From Vicugna vicugna (taxonomy: Eukaryota): a stretch of 64,000 nt of DNA. The DNA is taken from NCBI GenBank assembly GCA_013265495.1, contig MU058844.1, positions 6,137,260 to 6,201,259 on the forward strand, read 5' to 3'. The position numbers were made by a program, and so were the translations under genes. A model generated the notes under the pieces. It was not told the origin of the DNA, did not search any database, and saw only the letters and a program-made list of their open reading frames with translations. Within the stretch, counting starts at the first letter, position 1, and the number at the start of each line of letters is the position of its first letter. Shown one piece after another: positions 12,213-24,609 of the stretch.

Positions 12213-12438
12213 TAGTTGACCCCTGAACAGTGCAGGAGATAGGGGCATCAACCCCACAAACTGAAAGTTTTGAGTATAATTTTACAGTTGGCTCTTTGTA
12301 CCTGCTACCCAACATTCATGGATTCAACCAATCACAGGTCATGTAGCACTGTAGTACATATTTATGGGAAAAAATCCACGTATTTTTGGGATGAATGGAA
12401 CCTCATAGTTCAAATCTGTGTTATTCAAGGGTGAACTG
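12213..12438. mobile_element. Full-length Tigger2-family MITE (Tigger2a/MER8-like)
   Basis: TIRs (T)AGTTGACCCCTGAACA and TATTCAAGGGTGAACTG, flanked by TA at 12211-12212 and 12439-12440 (Tc1/mariner-type TSD). Confidence 0.8.
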
Positions 12439-13814
12439 TATATAATTTTCTTATAAAAACAAGTGATTCCTCAATACTAAGCATCTCAGGGCAAAAACAA
12501 AAACAAACAAAACTCTTGAAATTATAAATGCATTCAAAGTGCAAGAAACTTAATTAGCACATATATACATATGTACATAAACAATGTCTCATCACTACAT
12601 TTAAAGGAAGGTGATGAGATTAATTTAGCTCACTATACGAAGCACTTGGTTTATAATTCTGTGTCTGAATTAAGATTATATACTTCAAATTTTAAAAATT
12701 TAAGTTTGTTATAACTTTTTAAAAAGTTGCACATTTGTAATACATTGAGTTACATATTCTGCGAAGATCTTACAAATCTTCAAGTCGCTTGATCCTTAGC
12801 AACTGGAATTTTGTCATTAATTTTGCACTTGAGAGAAGGGCGGGGCTGATTTAATCAAGCCATAATTATACTCCTTGGCAATATGATTTTATTCTTTCAC
12901 TGGAGGAATGTGATCACGTATTTACTTTTTAAATTTGTTATGAAGTCTTGTAATGACATGAAAGGCTCCTCTTTTCTTTTTCTTATCTTCCTGTAATTTT
13001 AGGGGTTTTCCCCCTCTACTTCTCCATTTCCTCTATTCCATGCTATCTTTTTCTCCTCTTCTTTATCCATTGAAATTTTTTTATACATACAAGTTTCATT
13101 ATATTTTAATATACTTTTGAATTTTTTTGGCATGCTTTCTCTTCCTTAGTGGATGGGATTGCTAGCATGTACCTTATAGACTGAGTTGCCTGGCATTTTC
13201 AACTGTCTAATGGAACATGTCATATTCACGATCTTCTGAAGCTGTTGTGATCATTGGCAGCGATGTCAGCGTGTTATGTACTTCCTCAGCCTTATCAACT
13301 CTGAAACAGCTGTTTACCTAATTTTGATAGCTGCTTTCAAAGACCATTCTCAGGAAGTATTTCCTAACCATGGTAACCATAATACACAAACACATGCAGC
13401 TACTCTTGTATAAAAATGCGGCACACAAAGATTGCTGGCAAAATAAAGCCCACATAGTTTGGGGTGGATTTGAAGAAAATGTCATGATTCACCCAGAATG
13501 TTAAGGATTAACGGAAACTATACTCTCTGGTAACTAACTATGAGTACTTTAGAAAGGAAGTTCTTTCTTTTACCCCAGAGTGTCACAGAAATCATTCTGA
13601 ATGGCTAGCATTCTCTTTAAGCTGCAGGTGACCATTGTTACTTCTCATTCTGTATGTCTGTCACCTTTCTATCTTTACCTACACAAGCAACTTTGGAATT
13701 TTAAATTGAGCAATACATTTCATCTCTGGACTCAAAAGGTAAAAATATCCCAGTTTCTCTAGGCAACCATCATTGCCTAAACTCTGCCTTCTCTATAAAA
13801 CATATGGACCTGAG

Positions 13815-14604
13815 TTTATTCATGTATTCATTCAACAAATGTTGACTGAGCCAGCATTGTACAAGCTGCAAAAGCCAATACCACCCCTGCTCTCTTCTAG
13901 TCTCCTCTACTGGAGGAAACAGATATTAATCAAATAATCACGCAAACTGATGGCAAATTTCAACTTCCACAAATGTTGCAAAAGAGGTACACAAAGCTAG
14001 AAAAACTTTAAAGTGAGGAATTGACCTCAAACGGAAGGTCAGTAATGTCTTCCCTATGGAAGTACCACCTGAGCCGAGATCTGAAAGATGAGTAGCAGAT
14101 GAAAGGTGAGGGTGAAAGAGGAGGAGAAAAGCACTTTTGCTAATGGTATCAGTTTGGTCTCTGATGCAACATAGCAAGTATAAAGGAATAAAATGACTCA
14201 TGTGGCTGGTAGCACAAGCTGGAAGGAAGGCAGGATGTGAAATCAGCTTGAAGTGGGAGCTGGAAGCCAGCTTTCACTTTATGAAGGGAAGGTACATAGG
14301 GTTGCTTTTTGAAAAGGAGACTCTGGTTGCAGGTGGAGAAATTGATCAGGGGCTGTGGGGTGGGAGTGCAGATGCGAACAAACAAGTTAGAAGTCAGAGA
14401 GTTCAAAGTGATGTGATCAAGTAGGAAGAAATATCTGGAATCAAGGAATATTTGGAAATTAAAGTCAACAAGACACCATGAGAATTTACATATGGTCTGA
14501 GAGAGAAAATGTCAATGATTCCTAAGTTTCTGGGTTTTGATCCTGGATGATTGGTGGCACCATTTTTTAAGTTGGGGACACTAGAAAAGGATCTGTTTGG
14601 TTTG
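13815..14604 (-). mobile_element. L2 LINE 3' fragment (~0.8 kb)
   Basis: Starts ATTCATTCAACAAATGTTGACTGAG; internal TGAGCCGAGATCTGAAAGATGAGTAG; purine-rich antisense L2 body; stops abruptly at the inverted-repeat arm at 14605. Confidence 0.7.
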
Positions 14605-15126
14605 GAGCTCTAGGGAAATTTGCTTGATGAGTTATAAATTTATAGTTATTATAATTCCAAGAAAATTTGAGTCAACGAAATAAAATCATCTCACTTCTTT
14701 TTCAACATAAGTGATTACAACTCTAAAAGTAATATTTCCTAACAAATGATTATGAAATAGAACAAAGTTAATGTATTATTCTATGATATTGCTATACTTC
14801 TAAGTGCACTGAATATCTGAAACGTTAAGATTGGTCAAAAGTGAAATAGTTACTTATTACCTGTAAGTTTACTGAGTTTTATGCTTAAACAGGCTGTGGA
14901 TAGTTGTTACAAGGCAAGAAAATAAAATCTGTCAATGTTCAACTCAGCTTTCAATTGTACTTATAAATATAGGTTAGCACATTAATATTTTGTCATGATT
15001 GTCACTCTCCATGAAGCCATCATTACTGATTAAAATACTTTTGAAATACTATTAAATCTTTCCAATTTTCTTAGAATTATAATAACTATAAATTTACAAC
15101 TCACCAAGCAAATTTCCCTAGAGCTC
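14605..15126. repeat. 66-bp inverted repeat (62/66 identical) with a 390-bp spacer
   Basis: Arm 1 is 14605-14670; arm 2 is 15061-15126; direct comparison of arm 1 with the reverse complement of arm 2. Confidence 0.95.
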
Positions 15127-15354
15127 TTTTAATCATACATTTCTGATAATGGGAAAATTATTTGAAAACAGTTACATTTCTAATAGTGTGATCTGAATCT
15201 CTATTTGTATTTCCATGAATAATTGTTTAAAGTGCTATTCTTTTGTACATTACCATAGTCTGATATTGCTTTATTTTATCACTAATGTTTTAATAGTTAC
15301 AGTGAGAAAAGTGTTATATAATACTTTGAAGGAATATACTTTCAAAAACTGATC

Positions 15355-15613
15355 TATTTATACATTCATATGTCAGTGGACATTTAGGTTGCCTCCATGT
15401 CTTGGCTATTGTAAATAGTGCTGCTATGAACATTGGGGTGCATGTATCTTTTCAAATTAGAGTTTTCTCTGGACATATGCTCAAGAGTGGGATTGCTGGA
15501 TCGTGTGGTAACTTAGTTTTTTAAGGAACCTCCATACTGTTCTCCATAGTGGCTGCACCAATTTACATTCCCACCAGCACTGTAGGACTCCCTTTTCCCC
15601 ACACCCTCTCTAG
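15355..15613 (-). mobile_element. Isolated L1 ORF2 C-terminal fragment
   Basis: CATGTCTTGGCTATTGTAAATAGTGCTGCTATGAACATTGGGGTGCATG and AGGAACCTCCATACTGTTCTCCATAGTGGCTGCACCAATTTACATTCCCACCA. Confidence 0.9.
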
Positions 15614-16057
15614 GAAAAATGCCCATATTTAAAATATATCTACGACTATTATTTTATTTTTAATATGTGCTAAACATTGGTTTAAAATTATTTCACAGTA
15701 GTATTATGAAATGGGCATTACTCAAAGCAAAGGCTCTGAAAAATTAGGTAATTACCTAAGGATACCCTATTAATATGAGGATTCATATTCTAATCTGGAT
15801 CTTTTGGACACAAAGAACAAATCTAATCTTTTAGCCACTAGGCCACTGGTCTCATTCATCTGGAATTTTAGATTTCACTCTGCTGAGTGAACTTCTATAT
15901 CAATAACCTTAACTTACCTTTGTTTCAGATTTATATTAGCTATTAAATAATCTGGCTGGAATACATGACCACCTGGGGAGACAGTAGAATGAAAACCCTC
16001 CTGGAGAGTTGGCTAGGTTATCTGAAGGGAACTGCCTAGCCAATGTAATGACCATCT

Positions 16058-16380
16058 CATTCACTCATCCATTCAGTTCCACAAGCAATGTTCTATAGCA
16101 TAGATATATATGAATTAATTAACTCAACTATTAAATACTAGGTAACAGGTCTACAAAGAAGAATAAAACACACTCCTTGCCCTCAAAGAGTTCATTGTCT
16201 CTGTGGGGCTACAGCTCACAATTATAAACCACGTGTTTAGTGACATAGTAGAACATTGTGGGAGAATAGACAAGAGGTATAGGCTAAGGGCAGGAGAGAG
16301 CGTGAGCACGGTGGCCAGTGGGAGAGAGAGGTCAGGGAATAGTTTCTGGAGGAGTTAATGCTTGCGCTGAGTATCAGATG
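16058..16380 (-). mobile_element. L2 fragment
   Basis: CATTCACTCATCCATTCA start, CCTTGCCCTCAAAGAGTTCA, TTTCTGGAGGAG. Confidence 0.55.
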
Positions 16381-16561
16381 CTTGTGCTTTGGTTTTCATA
16401 TTTGTGGACTGGCAACTCTTCAGATATCTTAGTGAAGGAATTCCCCTGAAGGCATAACCCTGTTTTCATCTCCCAAAGATTTGGTTACATAGTCAACAAC
16501 AAATAATTGAGCGCATGTGAATTGCTTAACTACTATTGTATTTGCTTTTTGTTAGGGTCTC

Positions 16562-18176
16562 TTATTTATTTTATTTTATGTATTAAAGTATAGTTGATTT
16601 ATAATATTGTGTCAGTTTCAGATCTACAGCAAAGTGATACATACATATTTTTTACTTTTAGATTATTTTCCATTGTGTTGTTATAAGATATTGGATATAG
16701 TTCCCTGCACCATACTGTAGGACCTTGTTGCTTATCTATTTTATGTATAGTAGTTTGTAGCTGTTAATCTCATACTCCTAATTTGTCCCTCCCACCCTCC
16801 CTTTCCCTTTTGTTAATCATAAGTTTGTTTTCTGTCTGAGTATTTTTCTGCTTTCTTTGTAAGATTCATTTATATTATTTTTTAGATTCCATATGTAAGT
16901 AATATCATATAGTATTTGTCTTTCTCAATCTGACTTCACTTAGAATGATAATTCTAAGTCCATCCATGTTACTGCAAATGGCACTATTTGATTCTTTATT
17001 ATGGCTGAGTAATATTCTATTATATATTATATATTGCATAATACAAATAAACATATATGCCACATCTTCTTAAACCAATCATCTGTTGATGGGCACTTTT
17101 GTTTCTATGTCTTGGCTACTGTAAACAGTGCTGCTATGAATATTGGGGTTCATGTGTCTTTTCAAATTAGAGTTTTTGTCTTTTCTGGATATATGCCCAC
17201 AAGTGAAATTGCTGAATCATATGGTAACTCAATTTTTAGTTTTTTAAGGAACCTCCATACCATTCTCTATAGTGGCTGCACCAATTGACATCCCCACCAA
17301 CAGTGTAGGAGGGTTCCCTTTTCTCTGCACTCTCTCTAGCATTTATTATTTGTAGACTTCTTGATAATACTCATTCTGACCGGTATGAGGTAATACCTCA
17401 CTGTGGTTTTGATTTGCATTTCTCTAATAATTAGTGATGTTTTCATGTGCCCACTGGACATCTGTATGTCTTCTTTGGAGAAATGTCTGTTTAGGCCTTC
17501 TGCCCATTTTATCATTGGGTTGTTTGTGTTTTTGATATTGAGTTGTATAAGCTGTTTATATATTTTGGATATTAACCCCTTGTTGGTCACATTATTTGTA
17601 AATATTTTTTACCCATTCCATAGGTTGTCTTTTCATTTTGTTGATGGTTTCCTTTGCTGTGCAAAACCTTTTAAGTTTGACTAGGTCCCATTTGTTTGTT
17701 TTTGCTTTTATTTCTTTTGCCTTGGGAGGCTGACATTAAAAAAAAATTGCTATGATTTATGTATAAGAATGTTTTACCTATGTTCTCTTCTAGGAGTTTT
17801 ATTGTATCATGTCTTATATTTAAGTCTTTACACCATTTTGAGTTAATTTTTTATATAGTGTGAGGGAGTGTACTAACTTAATTGATTAACGTGTAGCTGT
17901 CTGGCTTTCCCAACACCACTTGCTGAAGAGACTGTCTTTTCTCCATCGTGTGTTCTTGCCTCCTTTATTGTAGATTAGTTGGCCATAGGTGTGTAGATTT
18001 ATTTCTGGACTCTATTCTGTCCCATTGATCTATGTGTCTATTTTTGTGCCAATGCTACGCTGTTTTGATTACTGTAGCTTTGCAATATTGCCTGAAGTCT
18101 GACAGGCTTATGCCTCCATGCCTCCAGCTTTGTTCTTTTTCCTGAGGATTGGGTTTTTGTGGTTCCATATAAATTT
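16562..18176 (-). mobile_element. 5'-truncated L1 (~1.6 kb: ORF2 C-terminal region plus 3'UTR)
   Basis: ORF 17336..17590(-) [43 protein letters not shown]...[15 protein letters not shown] is L1 ORF2; T-rich tail at the left end. Confidence 0.95.
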
Positions 18177-20815
18177 TATTTTAAAGTGATAAATAAGGCA
18201 TGCTTTTAGCCCTCAGGAAAATTCCAATCAAAGTAAGTACAAAAAATGAGTCATAGGGTAAGGATGTGATTTTTACATTCTTGTCAAGCTAGCTATTCAA
18301 ATCACTGCCAGTATGTGAATGATATATGCTGCAAAAGAAAGATGGTTCAACAATCTAAGATTTACCTGGCACTGTCTTTGGGGATTTATGTCAATATCTC
18401 AGGCCAATACAAAAAATAAGAACTATTTTACACATATCTGACTTATAGATTAGCTCGCAGGTTATGAAGATGGTGTATGTATTCTGCCCTGACTTATTTG
18501 AAATAGATTGTGTCATCAAGAAAGGAGAAAGGGAATAAAGAGCTCTGTGAATTGTAAACTGTATTTTACTTTTTGTCTGCATAATGAAAAAAGAGGATTC
18601 TTCAGGAAAAGAAATCCTATGTTTGCTTTCAAACAGTTTTAAAAGATCAATTTAATAATGTAGATAAAAGTTATAGGGAGGATAAACATTGGATTTAACC
18701 ACTGAGAAAAAGTCCAATGTACAGAGGAAAGTCAATACATTTCCATAGCAATGGACACTTTCCATTTAATTACACCCACTATCTTTAGTCACCTGCAGCC
18801 AGGAAGTGTCTTCCTTTTTTATTGGTGTGTCATTACTGAAGAGGTTTGCCCTGTACAAAGTCAGTACTCAAGATTTGTTGAATGAACTAAATAAGAATAT
18901 GGGTATAAAAAGTCTGAGTTTTTCATGTGCTTTTTAAGAAAAAGATTTACAAATGAAAGATACTATTGACAGAGTATTCCTGAACTTTTTTGAATCTAGC
19001 CTAAAGTAATTTGTACCAACAGCTCCCTAAATTGAGTATCCAAAGCCTTTTAAGTACATAGAGATCTAGAATTTTAGTAAATGTTACTGTAAAAAATATA
19101 AATCTTCTATATAAAACATTGCTATACTACCTTATTGTGCAAAAGAAAGGCTATATATGAAACAATCTGTTTGTTCAAATGTTTCTAGGTTTTCTTTTCC
19201 CTTATTTTTTAATAAGTTGAAATTTTATATTATTATAAACTGTAGAATTAAGTTAGTTAGACCCTTTTGCAGGCATGTAAACAAAAGTAATTATTAAGCA
19301 AAGTACACAGGTAGAAGCAGTGATGTGTATAGTAAGATGTTTATCTTAAAACATTTGTGTAAAAACTAGCATTCCTATCAAGGTAGATTTCAAATATTTT
19401 GTCTTATAAAGCATGATGTTTAAAGATATGATTTGCCTTCTTTTTAAAAGAGTTTGGGAAAGCAGAGTGTAAGGGGGGTGTTTTCCTATCCCAAGGTAGA
19501 CAGAATTTTGACCAGGACAGGAAATGTGCTTGCACTCTCTGTTGTGTAGTTTAATCCTCTTTTTAAGGAATAGTCTTGGCAGCTGTATTCAGGTAGCTGT
19601 GTAGACTGATCTGTGCTTCCTTACCAAATCAGAACAAAGAAGAAAACACATTTTAGCTATCATGCTGCAGATAACTGAAATGAAAAATTACAGAGCAAAT
19701 TGTTTTTGGCAAAGCAGTTTCCTCCCCAGAACTGAATATCAAATGTGGTTTTCATTTTTCCACTAACGTGTCACACGTTCCACTCTGGGTGACGTCTGAG
19801 ATCCTGAGTCAGGATGTGGACTAGGAGGGTCCAGGTCATGGTGATAGTAATGAAGGTTGTTAGATTTATCAATGTATTAGTCATCTTGCTAAAAAAAGCT
19901 TATATAAAATGGGTGTATATCATTGTCTTAACTTCTATTTCATTATTCTGATTTCAGTTCAATTACATAATCTAATTTGATTGAGTCTAAGAAAATAAAT
20001 TGTTGTTAAAGCATAGTTATAATTTGCATTTAGGTAGATAAGGAAAAGAAAAAAAATTGAAATAGATACCTTAAAGGCCGGTGGAAACTACATTCAAGTA
20101 AAAATTCAACTTTCAAAATTTAACAATCTTTAATTTAAATGTAGCTCTAAACTTAACTTTATGGACAAAAGAAATATCTATGTGGTAATTAGATCTGTTG
20201 TCTAGTTTCTAGCATCTCTGCCCATGCAGTTCTTTACATCAAAATGTATTTATGTCCAAGCTTATTTATCTTTCAACTATCACTAGATTGAAATAGATCA
20301 GTGAAAGAGACAACTGAAGTCCAGTGGGAGATTGCTTTAATCATTACACAGAAGCAAAAACAACAAAAATTAAGGCTAACAATACTGTATATCCAAGTTT
20401 ATTTATCTTCAGATTATCAGTAGATTAAAATAGGTCAATAAAATAGTCATCTGGTGCCCAGTGAGAAGTTACTTTAATCGGAAAACATCATATGAAGGGA
20501 AAAATGATAAAAGTAATAAGATGAACTTAGGTAAAAATAAATTTGTATTAGATCGAGTTTTTTTTTTTAAAGCATTGCTTGTTTACAATAGCAGTTGATG
20601 CCCATTAACAACATAATCTTTGAAGACTAAACCCTAATTCTGGTCCCAAAATTATGAGTTTAAAAAAAAGATTAATACAAGCTTCCAATAAAGTTTTCAT
20701 TGCAGTTTTTGCAGTGCCAATAATATTTCTTGGCTCAATGTAAACATGTACATTATAGGAAAATGAATAAAGTTGGCATCCTATGGCACATTACACAGTA
20801 AAAATTTGAGTGAGA

Positions 20816-20876
20816 TATTTATATATATATATAATATATATATATATATTATATATATATATTATATATATATAAT
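20816..20876. repeat. Interrupted (TA)n microsatellite
   Basis: About 60 bp of nearly pure alternating T/A. Confidence 0.95.
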
Positions 20877-20924
20877 GGTATGAAACTTGTTCTAAGGCCT
20901 TGACACAGATTTAGAAAGGTTTAG

Positions 20925-21370
20925 AACAGTGAAAGCCATTTTAGGGATTTCGTCTTTTACTCTGAGTAGAAGGATGAAATACTGCAGAGTTTCGAACAGA
21001 GGAGAATCTGGTTGGATGTGTGCTTTCACAGGGTCATCTTGACTGTTCTGTTGAGACAACAAGCAGAGGTGCAAGCAATTCAGGAAGAACAGGGTGGCAA
21101 GCTGGCAGCTGTGAATGTGATGAGAAATGATGAGAGCCTATATTTACCTGTACTTTTAAAGAAGCGTGAAGATTTCTTTACCATGACATATAAGGTGTGA
21201 TGAAAAGACAGACACCAAAGATGACAGTGATGTCTTGGGTTGGGCACTGGAACTAGGGGCTGGGGCTGCCATTGACAGAGATAGAGAAGGCCATGGTAGA
21301 ACAGGTTTGGGGTGAGAATGAAGAGTTTAGTTCTATACTCGTGAAGGGGAGATGATTATTCAGTATTCAA
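20925..21370 (-). mobile_element. L2 internal fragment
   Basis: TTTTACTCTGAGT..., TTTCACAGGGTCATCTTGACTG, CAAAGATGAC, GAAGAGTTTAGTT; decayed antisense L2. Confidence 0.55.
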
Positions 21371-22164
21371 TGTATGCATTGCTTCCTAAAACCATGTGGC
21401 AGGGGTTTGTTGTAGTTTCTGTCTACTGATGTTGGTTATTTCTCTGGTTCTCTTGCTTTTCTGCCACATTGTCCCCCCCCCCCCTTTTTTCTGGTCTTTC
21501 TTGATGTCTGCTTGGTTCAATATACAAATATATAAAGAGGATTGAAGGCCTAGCAGGATTTTATTTCCTCTGGAGCATATCTGCATTGGCTTGTGCAGGC
21601 AGCTAGGGTCATCAGCAAACTAGAATGACCTTATTACCGTCAGGGATTGAAATTAGAAGCTGCACTTCCATCCTTGCAAGTGCATTTCACCCTTATTTGA
21701 TGGGTGTAGACCAGCAAGGTCTTAATCAGAAGCCTGCATGATTTACCAATGCCCCTGGCAAGCCTTGGACCCAATTTTAATTTTTATTCCTGTAAAATTT
21801 TCAAAACATCTTCTCATCAATTTCTTGGCCTCTCAATCACCTTTCCAAATCTGTAGATCCCCCTAAAGGAAAAATAGAGGGAAATACCAGGTTCAAATTG
21901 GTATGTTTTCTTTCTTTTCCTTTGGCATTTGGCCCTATAATTGCCTTGTTAGCATCCCAACATAATATTACACAGACACACAACTCACACACTTTCTTAA
22001 TCCATCTCAGTATAGGAGTTAAATCAAATTACCATTGCCTCTACTGGAAGCAAGACTTCTTGGCCACTATATATTTAAAGCAACTTTAAATCCATGTTTT
22101 ATACTTACTAAACAAGGTAGAAAGATGAAACTTTAACAAGTGCATAAACTGAGGTTTTTTTTAT

Positions 22165-22580
22165 TTAAAAATATTATTTTCAATCCTATTCTTGGTGGCA
22201 GGATATAGCAAGGAACAGATAGCCAAGATGCCCACACTCCTGAAACTTAACATTCTCCTGGAGGAAGACAGAAAAGACCAACATAACTGCCAGATAGCAC
22301 CAGTGCTGTGATAAATTTTAAGAAGGGTCCTGTAATATAGGGCAGATGGCAACTAATTTACATTGAATGGTCAAAGAAGGGTTTTCTATGGAGAGGACAC
22401 AAGAAATGAAGGAAAAAAAGAAGCAAGACATACGACAATGTTCCTCAGAGTGCTGAGAAGAGTTTGCATGTGCTTGAGAAATAAGAAAGGGCATGTGCGT
22501 CCATACTGTTAATCACAAGAGAGAACTGTAGAAAAAGAGATTATAAGGCCAAGTAAGGGCGAAATCAAATAGGTTAAGAT
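22165..22580 (-). mobile_element. L2 fragment
   Basis: GAACAGATAGCCAAGATGCCCACACTCCTGAAACTTAACATTCT, GGTCAAAGAAGGG. Confidence 0.5.
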
Positions 22581-23849
22581 AAGAAATGTAATAAGTAAAA
22601 CATATGTGTGTCTAGGTTTACTTTAAGACACTAAATTACCAACAAAATGAAAACAAGAAAGGATAAACTCTTACCTGCTTGAAAACTCATCAAAAACAAT
22701 GGAAAAAGGTGGTTTTTTTATATATATATCCTTCAACTCAAATATTTCTTTTTCCTCTCCTAATGACTTCAAAACTGATCTGATATCAGGCTAAACTAGT
22801 GGGCTAACGTTGCGTAGTTCTGTTTTTTTCTCTTGGAACCAAAGTAAAATGAGCGGAAAGTAAAAGGCATAAACCTAGAAGTAGCAACCCACCATTTTAC
22901 AATCTCCAGTGTGATAACCGATAAGGCAAGATCGTCAATGCAGGCTAAAAGTCAACAGCTGCTGCAGAGAGAAGAACACTTTTACATTGGCCGTCCCTGG
23001 CAGCCATTCCCCCTGGGCAATCCATGATACAGCAAGAACTGAATTTTCCAGATTGAGAAAACACTACCCTGCGTGTGTTGTCAGTGATAGTTTCATGTTC
23101 CATTCGGGCCCCTGAGGATTGTGAGAAATTACACCCAAACATGCCTTGTGCTCTCCTCTCTTGTGTGCACTGCACTTCGAGAAGTTTTCATTCTTGACAA
23201 ATTGAACCAGGATATTTGTTTAATTTTAAAGTAGTATGTGTGCATGTGTGTGTGAGTACGTGTCTGTGTGTTCCCTTCCTCCCAAGCAGTCGTACATACG
23301 GAACACTTCTCAAGTAGTACCACTTTTGGAATACAGTGTTTTGGAAACAGAAAGGAAAAAAATGGTATTTCAGTGTTATAATGGCAAGTGGTGATTAAGG
23401 AAAAGACATTAACCTTAAATACAGGATTGCAGTATGACAAGATTAGTGAAACGACTAGAGCCAGGCTGCACATCTAGCAGGATGGGTGATCCAGGAGTCC
23501 AGCTACAAGACCTTGGCCCATCCAGGGCCTGGTTGAGGTTTGGTGCCATCTCCTGGCAGCTTTCTGTCATGGCCTAAGTAACAATGAAGATGATTCTGGC
23601 TCCTTGCATGTAGGACTCTGCTCTCCCCCGCTGAGTGTGAAGCCTGGAGTCTTGGAGGGCTCTTCTCGGCACTTTCCCCTGCCCCCCAGCTCCAGCCAGG
23701 CCCATGTTTACAGCGTAGAAAGGGTCTCTGTGCTCCTGCTGTTACCTCAACAGTTATCTGCTGTTGTTTTTTGGTGCAAACCTCCTGGCAGGGGCAGAGA
23801 GGTTTCTCAGTTCTCACACTCTCGTCCCAGCCTTAGGTGAGCTCTGTGA

Positions 23850-24415
23850 ACCCCAGCTTCAGGGTACTGTTTTCTCTGCTGCCCTTGCATCTCCCTTGGC
23901 ATGTAAGGATGACGAATCTTGTGCAAGAGTGAATTTCCTGCCCCTCCCCCAGCAGCTGTGCTTTTGTCACTACAAAAGTGCAAAATGTGGGCTGGGGGCG
24001 TTCTTCCTCCACTGCTGTAGAAAGAAAGAAGAGTCAGGATTTCATGCCTCTCCTCCAGCAGCTGCTTCTGCAGGGCCCCCTGTCCTGAGCCCAGTCTCTC
24101 ATAAGCACCCAGTGTGGACTTGTGTTCAATAGCTGGCGAGGAAGTGCAGGTGACTTATGTCTGGGGTTTCTGGGGATACTAAATTCTCTTGATATCTCAC
24201 ATATAATTTTAAAAGTGTGTTAAAATTTCAGTTGTTTCCTTTTTACAAATGTTTATGTCTGCCACTTTTCCCTCCCACCCTGTGCCAAAGGCCAAATAGG
24301 TGCCTGATCAGTGTCTTTTTGGAGGGGCTAGTCCTCTTTGGTATCTAGTTTACCTAGTTATACCTTATTATCTTGGCTCTATGATGGGACCAAGAAAAGT
24401 TATGATTTGTTTAAT
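23850..24415 (-). mobile_element. Old L1MC/L1MD-type 5' end fragment
   Basis: TCTTGGCTCTATGATGGGACCAAGAAAAGTTATGATTTG matches the recalled antisense 5' terminus of L1MC/MD; the left boundary is uncertain. Confidence 0.5.
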
Positions 24416-24417
24416 TA

Positions 24418-24609
24418 TCTTTTTTTCATCTTTTATTGACGTATATTTGATTTACAATGTTGTGTTAGCTTCTGGTGTACAGCATAGTGATTTAGTTATA
24501 CATATATAGGTTCTTTTTCATATTCTTTTTCAGTTATTACAAGCTATTGAATATAGTTATTTTTGCTTTTATTTCTTTTGCCTTGGGAGGCTGACATAAA
24601 AAAAAAATT
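24418..24609 (-). mobile_element. Short L1 3' tail joined to a 50-bp L1 ORF2 segment
   Basis: TTTATTGACGTATATTTGATTTACAATGTTGTGTTAG.TTCTGGTGTACAGCATAGTGATT; then 24560-24609, which matches 17699-17748. Confidence 0.85.

Noticed and set aside
17034..17684. Hydrophobic ORFs such as [31 protein letters not shown] (also 27371-27697 and 63276-63635)
   Set aside because: They are the familiar antisense shadows of L1 ORF2, not membrane proteins.
20816..20876. Apparent long palindrome
   Set aside because: Trivial self-complementarity of a (TA)n microsatellite.
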